64,000 nucleotides of DNA from Candidatus Zixiibacteriota bacterium. Its GTDB lineage: Bacteria > Zixibacteria > MSB-5A5 > WJJR01 > JAJRUJ01. The notes below the pieces were generated by a model. It was not told where the DNA came from and made no database searches. It saw only the letters and a list, made by a program, of their open reading frames with translations. Position numbers and translations under genes: made by a program. Where the stretch lies: contig JAGVQM010000012.1 of assembly GCA_020051695.1 (NCBI GenBank), positions 6,361-70,360 on the forward strand. Reading direction: 5' to 3'. Below, piece by piece: positions 60,301 through 64,000 of this stretch; position 1 is the first letter of the stretch, and the number at the start of each line of letters is the position of its first letter.

Positions 60301-60810
60301 CCGGCGGCTGAAGCCCATCGTTTGTTTGAGCACAATGCCGGCCGGCACCGGCTTTTCGAGTTGCTACTCATCACCAGTAATGCCGCATTAGCGGAGTTCC
60401 TAGCCGAGTTCCCGCTGCCGGGCAGCATCGGTGAGCTATCGGCTGACCGCTACACCGGACCGGCCGGCCAGCGCGGGCTGTGGTTATGGCGGCTTGCCCA
60501 GAAAGCCCGCGACGAGGGACAGACCGGGGCCGCGGAAAGACTCCTCACCTCGCTGGTACAATGGAGCACGAAACATGAAACCGCCGAATTAACCTGGCGG
60601 GCCCATGCCGAGCTGGGGATCCTGTATCATGCGGCAAATGATTATGAATTGGCCACCAATTCCTTTGTCACGGCTTTCGGCGAACTGCAAAAAATCGCCG
60701 CCACGATCACATCGGACAAAGATAAAAAATCATACCTCGCAGGTGAAGACATCACCCGGTTGAGTTCGCAGATGAAAGCGTTCTCGGCGCGGTTTGCGGC
60801 AAAAAAATGA
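57346..60810 (+). CDS. Ser/Thr protein kinase fused to a large central domain and a C-terminal TPR array
   Basis: Kinase subdomains GTIGTGGQSRVF, ALK (Lys), HRDLKPDNF, DLGLA and GTLFYMAPE. About 700 aa of TPR-like repeats follow (LNNLGNIAYYRQDLDPALEYYLKALAI...). The start overlaps the end of the histidine kinase gene. Confidence 0.8.
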   Translation: MTQTASGMPATINGYQLAGTIGTGGQSRVFSLVDHEPGRPLALKWSHERFTPAWSDPLVEEYRTLCSLTHPQLVQPRDFGYAEGRAYMVIDRVAGPTLFDGLPGPGVASLWTLLQAVSPVLSFLHRRGVIHRDLKPDNFRWGTAGVDPRAETDTARLYLLDLGLASRPHDPAGEGKAGTLFYMAPEVLKEGKLDARSDLYSLGIILYQWLCGTPPFPGPGPAEIIDGHLTGTIHWPQAVADGIERKILLQIEALLAKDPDKRPADIETAISGFVEAGMPVDGSVLVTANLPWHQRSTAAEFPDIAYPKETVPHPRPPVSILLSGDPGAGISAVLTRWQRELKVHGWSIETTTTSFTAKVPEEIQPTISVTSSVGPGEIASADEANQRSCHLALRPLDNHTVAKYLQRVIFDQECVETILPAALRLSSGLPGALDLLLTAWLESGTVRHQHGRWIIDVGRLDEPVINRPLRELYGRGLGELTAAQLRCLGFAAIFGTHFSTTLLRGVLTEAGIPPETIDDLAARGVFIPASDPAEPLVDCRFRLCGLAEIWAADLPPGHCQSLHRPLAAALHHAGREWGPRVHRRLTHHHLAAGQPREAYAAAIAWAEKNMTAEGAEEARRYLDLAETAVSDFEPDPTRSDSAARIALLRGRSCKASGLHENAQSCFRRVFAVARKTGNIRLHAEAAKHLGDSYKATRQHLKGARILKIALKNFTQLGDEIEISHTLNNLGNIAYYRQDLDPALEYYLKALAIQRRHDLTAVMASTLSNIGSVYVQKCDFEQGQRYMQESLRLKETLDQPGEVARTMNNLGSVNTIIGEYAAAEDYLHRAAAINESIGAGDEWLINWINIFEAWYLQAEYRRAIDKAPQIFRRCDELDDVTYRTFIHVHLARCLFRTGDYRASQYHLEQAGTRMEQITDSSLMARYFTLQAEIHLVFRDIERCRRSLSAALAHADKTADPRERAEVFLAAAHAEQVLGEISPEFFAPAAEAHRLFEHNAGRHRLFELLLITSNAALAEFLAEFPLPGSIGELSADRYTGPAGQRGLWLWRLAQKARDEGQTGAAERLLTSLVQWSTKHETAELTWRAHAELGILYHAANDYELATNSFVTAFGELQKIAATITSDKDKKSYLAGEDITRLSSQMKAFSARFAAKK

Positions 60811-60967
60811 GCCGCCGGAACCACAGATTCCGACGGCCTCATGCGGCTTTTGGAGGTGTTTACTGTCCGCCCTGACTCATCAGCGGGGCAATTACGTCCT
60901 CGAGCTCTAGTACCTCCAGATTATACATTGTCAACTCACCCCCTTCTCCGAACAGGTGGTTGATGGA

Positions 60968-60995
60968 GGCCGGAGCCGACCGGCCTTTTATTTTC
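60968..60995 (+). terminator. candidate Rho-independent terminator downstream of the kinase gene
   Basis: GGCCGG-agccga-CCGGCC followed by TTTTATTTT, about 155 nt after the stop. Confidence 0.5.
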
Positions 60996-61273
60996 TCACC
61001 ACCGCCGCGCCGTTACGCGGCTTGCTCCTCTGCATACTCCCCGCCCCATGACAGATGGGGGTGAATCGGGGATATGAGAGGTAAAGGCCATCAGCATTTC
61101 ATGGCCTCGGTACAACCAAAAGGTAGCGGTTTTTGCGAATAAGTCAAGCGGTTTAAAGCATTTTGCGAAACAGGATGGGGAATCTGCCCTTTCGAAAATC
61201 TACATGTGGTAGTGGTGCGAGTTATACAAACTATATGTAGGAATGCAGCCTGCGAAGATGCACGTGAAATCAG

Positions 61274-61309
61274 CAAAAAAAGAAACCCCTCTCGTCCAAA
61301 CGAGAGGGG
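61274..61309 (-). terminator. orphan minus-strand Rho-independent terminator
   Basis: Minus strand: CCCCTCTCG-tttgga-CGAGAGGGG followed by TTTCTTTTTTT. No minus-strand CDS lies upstream of it. Confidence 0.6.
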
Positions 61310-61484
61310 CTATGACTTCGGCCAATTGTTTTCCCTACTTTTGTATACTGCTCGGTTCGAAAAAAGTTCCGAATTTATCCTCGTCCTCAAATTACACCCC
61401 GATAATGCCGGCCGCCGAACGCTGCGGTCTTAAATCATCTGCTTCAACCAAAGAAACACAAACATTTGTTTCCCTCATGCGGTA

Positions 61485-61497
61485 TTACAATGTAATA
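61485..61497. promoter_or_regulatory. perfect palindrome ATTACAaTGTAAT in the promoter of the RHH regulator / znu operon (candidate operator)
   Basis: A 6-1-6 perfect inverted repeat about 40 nt upstream of the GTG start, overlapping a TAATAAT -10-like element. A second, imperfect IR (GAAACA-N8-TGTTTC) lies at 61454-61473. Confidence 0.45.
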
Positions 61498-61533
61498 ATT
61501 TTGGGAATCTGTTGTCCGGGGAACGGAGGCCAC

Positions 61534-61833
61534 GTGACCAAACAACGACAAAAATCAAAAATCGTCACATTCAAAGCCGATAAGACGCTCCTGGAGGCGA
61601 TGCAGGGCATCCCCAACCGCTCGGAATTCATTCGGGATGCGGTCTCCACGGCCTTAGAGAGCGTCTGCCCGTTGTGTGACGGGACGGGCATCCTCTCCCC
61701 CGGCCAGAAAAAACATTGGCAGGAGTTTTCAATAACCCATGCCATCGCCGAATGTGAAGAATGTCATGAACAATATCTCGTTTGTCCGAACAAACCGGTC
61801 AGGAAAGTGCATAAACCCAACAAGGTGTCATAA
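61534..61833 (+). CDS. ribbon-helix-helix (CopG/NikR-N-like) regulator with C-terminal Cys/His zinc-binding tail
   Basis: GGAGG lies 4 nt upstream of the GTG at 61534. RHH signature IVTFKADKTLLEAMQGIPNRSEFIRDAVSTAL. The C-terminus is CPLCDGTG...H....CEECHEQYLVC. It sits immediately upstream of znuA-like, znuC-like and znuB-like genes. The upstream part of the ORF 61243..61833 in the track is not coding (it contains the terminator). Confidence 0.6.
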   Translation: MTKQRQKSKIVTFKADKTLLEAMQGIPNRSEFIRDAVSTALESVCPLCDGTGILSPGQKKHWQEFSITHAIAECEECHEQYLVCPNKPVRKVHKPNKVS

Positions 61834-61873
61834 AAACACCCCTGTTGGATATGAAATGGGGAGGTCCTCGAAG

Positions 61874-62791
61874 ATGACTTGGCGGCTTCATCCCGGCATA
61901 GTGGCGTCCGTCATCGTCCTCCTGTGCCTGCCTCAGCTTCAGGCGCAGGAAGACCCTGCAGGGAAATTGCACATTTTTGTCAGTATTGCCCCGCAGGCCT
62001 ATTTTGTCGAACGCATCGGGGGCGAGCGGGTGGATGTGGAGGTCCTGGTGGCGCCGGGGCAGTCACACGAGACGTTTGAGCCTGCTCCCAAACAAATGGC
62101 TGCGCTTTCCGGCGCGGATCTTTATTTCCGCATCGGGTTGCCGTTTGAAGACCGGCTGCTTGATAAATTATCCGCAGCAAACGACAACGTGCGGGTCATC
62201 AACACCCGCGAAGGCATTACCCTGCGGCAAATCGAAGAGTACACTGATGGCAGCCAAGACGAAGGCCACGACCACCACGGCCAACCCGACCCACACATCT
62301 GGCTCAATCCCCGTCTCGTCGAAATCCAGGCACGCCATATTGCCGCCGGCCTGACCGCGCTCGACTCGCTTAACAAGGCGGTCTATGAACAGAATTTGCG
62401 GGGGTTCACACAAGACCTGCGGCAAATCGATTCGACCATCGCCGAAATCCTCGCTCCGCTCAAGGAGCGAAAAATATATGTCTTCCATCCGGCATTTGGC
62501 TATTTCACTGACGCCTACAAATTGACACAGGTTGCTGTGGAAATCGGCGGCAAGGAACCCGGCGGACAACAACTGGCGGAACTGATCAGCCGGGCGCAAC
62601 AGGACAGTGTGCGGGTCGTTTTTGTGCAACCGCAGTTTTCACAAAAAAGCGCGCGGACAATTGCGGAGGCAATTGGCGGCACAGTGGTGCCGCTGGACCC
62701 GCTGGCCCGCGATTATCTGGAGAATCTTCGTCGTCTGGCCCGCACGATCGAACGTGCCCTGGCCGGACGGACGGCGGGCGCCGGCGAGTAA
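61874..62791 (+). CDS. znuA: periplasmic metal (Zn/Mn)-binding protein, TroA/ZnuA family
   Basis: GGGGAGG RBS and a signal peptide (MTWRLHPGIVASVIVLLCLPQLQAQ). Cluster-9 SBP fold with a His/Asp/Glu-rich loop (DGSQDEGHDHHGQPDPH) typical of ZnuA. Confidence 0.8.
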   Translation: MTWRLHPGIVASVIVLLCLPQLQAQEDPAGKLHIFVSIAPQAYFVERIGGERVDVEVLVAPGQSHETFEPAPKQMAALSGADLYFRIGLPFEDRLLDKLSAANDNVRVINTREGITLRQIEEYTDGSQDEGHDHHGQPDPHIWLNPRLVEIQARHIAAGLTALDSLNKAVYEQNLRGFTQDLRQIDSTIAEILAPLKERKIYVFHPAFGYFTDAYKLTQVAVEIGGKEPGGQQLAELISRAQQDSVRVVFVQPQFSQKSARTIAEAIGGTVVPLDPLARDYLENLRRLARTIERALAGRTAGAGE

Positions 62792-62815
62792 ACAACCGGC
62801 ACACCAGGCACATGA

Positions 62816-63565
62816 GTGATGGCTGAAAAAAACTCCATTATTGTTTTTGAGAACCTCTCCTTCTCGTATGGCGGCCCCCCGGTGCTGGAGGACGTCAACC
62901 TGACCATCGGGGAGCGGGAATTCGCCTGTGTTGTCGGCCCCAATGGCGGCGGCAAGACAACCCTGGTCAAACTTGCACTGGGTCTGCTGAAACCGATAGC
63001 CGGTTCCATCCGGCTGTTCGGTAAACCTCCGGCGGAGGTGCGCTCCCGCGTGGGGTACATGCCGCAGCATGTCCATCTCGACCCCAAGTTCCCGGTGAGC
63101 GTGATGGACGTAGTATTGATGGGCCGGCTGGGCAATGGACATTCTTTCGGCCCCTATCGGCAACAAGACAAACTTGCCGCCTGGACCGCGCTGCGAGAGG
63201 TGGGGTTGTTCGATTCGCGCAACCGGCCGTTCGCCGATCTTTCCGGCGGGCAGCAACGCCGCTTATTTATCGCCCGCGCCGTCGCCTGCGAACCGGAGTT
63301 GCTCCTGCTTGACGAACCGACCGCCAACCTCGACCCGAAAGTCGAACAGGAACTCTACCAGGTTTTAAGCGAGTTGAACCAGCGGATGGCCGTCGTGGTT
63401 GTCTCGCACGACATGGCCTTTGTCTCGCAGTTTGTCAAACGGGTCATTTGTGTCAAACGCGGCGTGCATATTCATCCGACCAGCGAGATCCGGGACGGCA
63501 CCTTGAGCGAGGTGTTCGGCACCGATTTGCGGATGGTGCGGCACGATAAGCACGCCGGTGAGTAA
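62816..63565 (+). CDS. znuC: metal ABC transporter ATP-binding protein (ZnuC-like)
   Basis: Walker A GPNGGGKTT, signature LSGGQQRRLFIARA and Walker B LLLDEPTANLD. Confidence 0.85.
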   Translation: MMAEKNSIIVFENLSFSYGGPPVLEDVNLTIGEREFACVVGPNGGGKTTLVKLALGLLKPIAGSIRLFGKPPAEVRSRVGYMPQHVHLDPKFPVSVMDVVLMGRLGNGHSFGPYRQQDKLAAWTALREVGLFDSRNRPFADLSGGQQRRLFIARAVACEPELLLLDEPTANLDPKVEQELYQVLSELNQRMAVVVVSHDMAFVSQFVKRVICVKRGVHIHPTSEIRDGTLSEVFGTDLRMVRHDKHAGE

Positions 63566-63567
63566 GT

Positions 63568-64000
63568 GATGTTTACCGAATTTTTTCAGGCCGTCACCGA
63601 ATACACCTTCATGCAGTATGCCCTGCTCACGGGGATCCTGGCGGGCATTGCCTGCGGCATTGTCGGGACCTATGTCGTCGCGCGGCGGATCACCTATATC
63701 GCCGGGGGCATCGCCCACGCCGTCCTGGGCGGCATGGGGATTGCCTTTTATATTTCCGTGGTCTACGACCTGGAGAAGTTGCATCCGCTGTACGGCGCGA
63801 TCATCGCCGCCCTGGCCGCCGCGGTCACGATCGGGCTGGTTAGTCTGCGGGCGCGGGAACGGGAAGACACGGTCATTGGCGCGATCTGGGCGGTCGGCAT
63901 GGCCGTGGGCATTTTGTTTATCGCCCGGACCCCCGGATATAATGAAAACCTGATGAGTTATTTGTTCGGCAATATATTGATGGTTTCCGCCGCCGATTTA
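63568..64000 (+). CDS. znuB: metal ABC transporter permease (ABC-3/ZnuB-like), 5' part; runs off the window end
   Basis: ATG at 63568 just after the znuC stop. Hydrophobic ABC-3 permease pattern (YALLTGILAGIACGIVGTYVVARRITYIAGGIAHAVLGG...). The track ORF 63618..63953 is in the wrong frame. Confidence 0.75.

Overview
This 64-kb window is high-GC (~62%) bacterial chromosomal DNA with short AT-rich intergenic islands. Genes are tightly packed, and many adjacent pairs are translationally coupled through 4-nt ATGA/GTGA start-stop overlaps. I can support about 55 features. Housekeeping genes are valS, polA-coaE, scpA-scpB, an rluB-like pseudouridine synthase, cutA, an aspartate-type aminotransferase, a znuABC-like metal ABC transporter, a MsbA-like ABC exporter and one tRNA-Lys(CTT). 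There is a large envelope and secretion component. It includes a PorV-family outer-membrane protein beside a roughly 990-aa protein that ends in a type IX secretion (T9SS) C-terminal sorting domain. It also includes a TonB-dependent receptor, an M6 (HEXXH) metalloprotease, several lipoproteins and outer-membrane beta-barrels, and an FG-GAP/thrombospondin-type-3 repeat protein. The gene content suggests an FCB-group or candidate-phylum organism with a T9SS. Regulatory genes include two sigma-54 enhancer-binding proteins (one TPR-GAF type, one NtrC-type response regulator), a STAS anti-sigma antagonist, a GAF-PAS histidine kinase coupled to a Ser/Thr-kinase/TPR giant, and a PTS EIIA(Ntr)-CBS fusion. 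The most notable observation is a peroxiredoxin whose peroxidatic Cys codon in the FTFVCPTE motif is an in-frame TGA and whose resolving Cys is absent, which fits a selenocysteine PrxU-like 1-Cys peroxiredoxin that the ORF track split in two. Other points worth a second look are a cysteine-rich dockerin-like C-terminal module shared by two otherwise unrelated secreted proteins, a 22-bp perfect direct repeat flanking the FG-GAP gene, a small RHH plus zinc-ribbon regulator with a palindromic operator upstream of znuABC, and a hidden 58-aa zinc-ribbon gene with a TTG start. Further ones are a coupled DUF5989 / SGNH hydrolase / RCK fragment / ArsA-HSP20 ATPase / small-protein cluster and a five-gene overlapping GT2-GT4-MT-MT-PilD operon. 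I see no transposase, integrase, CRISPR array or rRNA.
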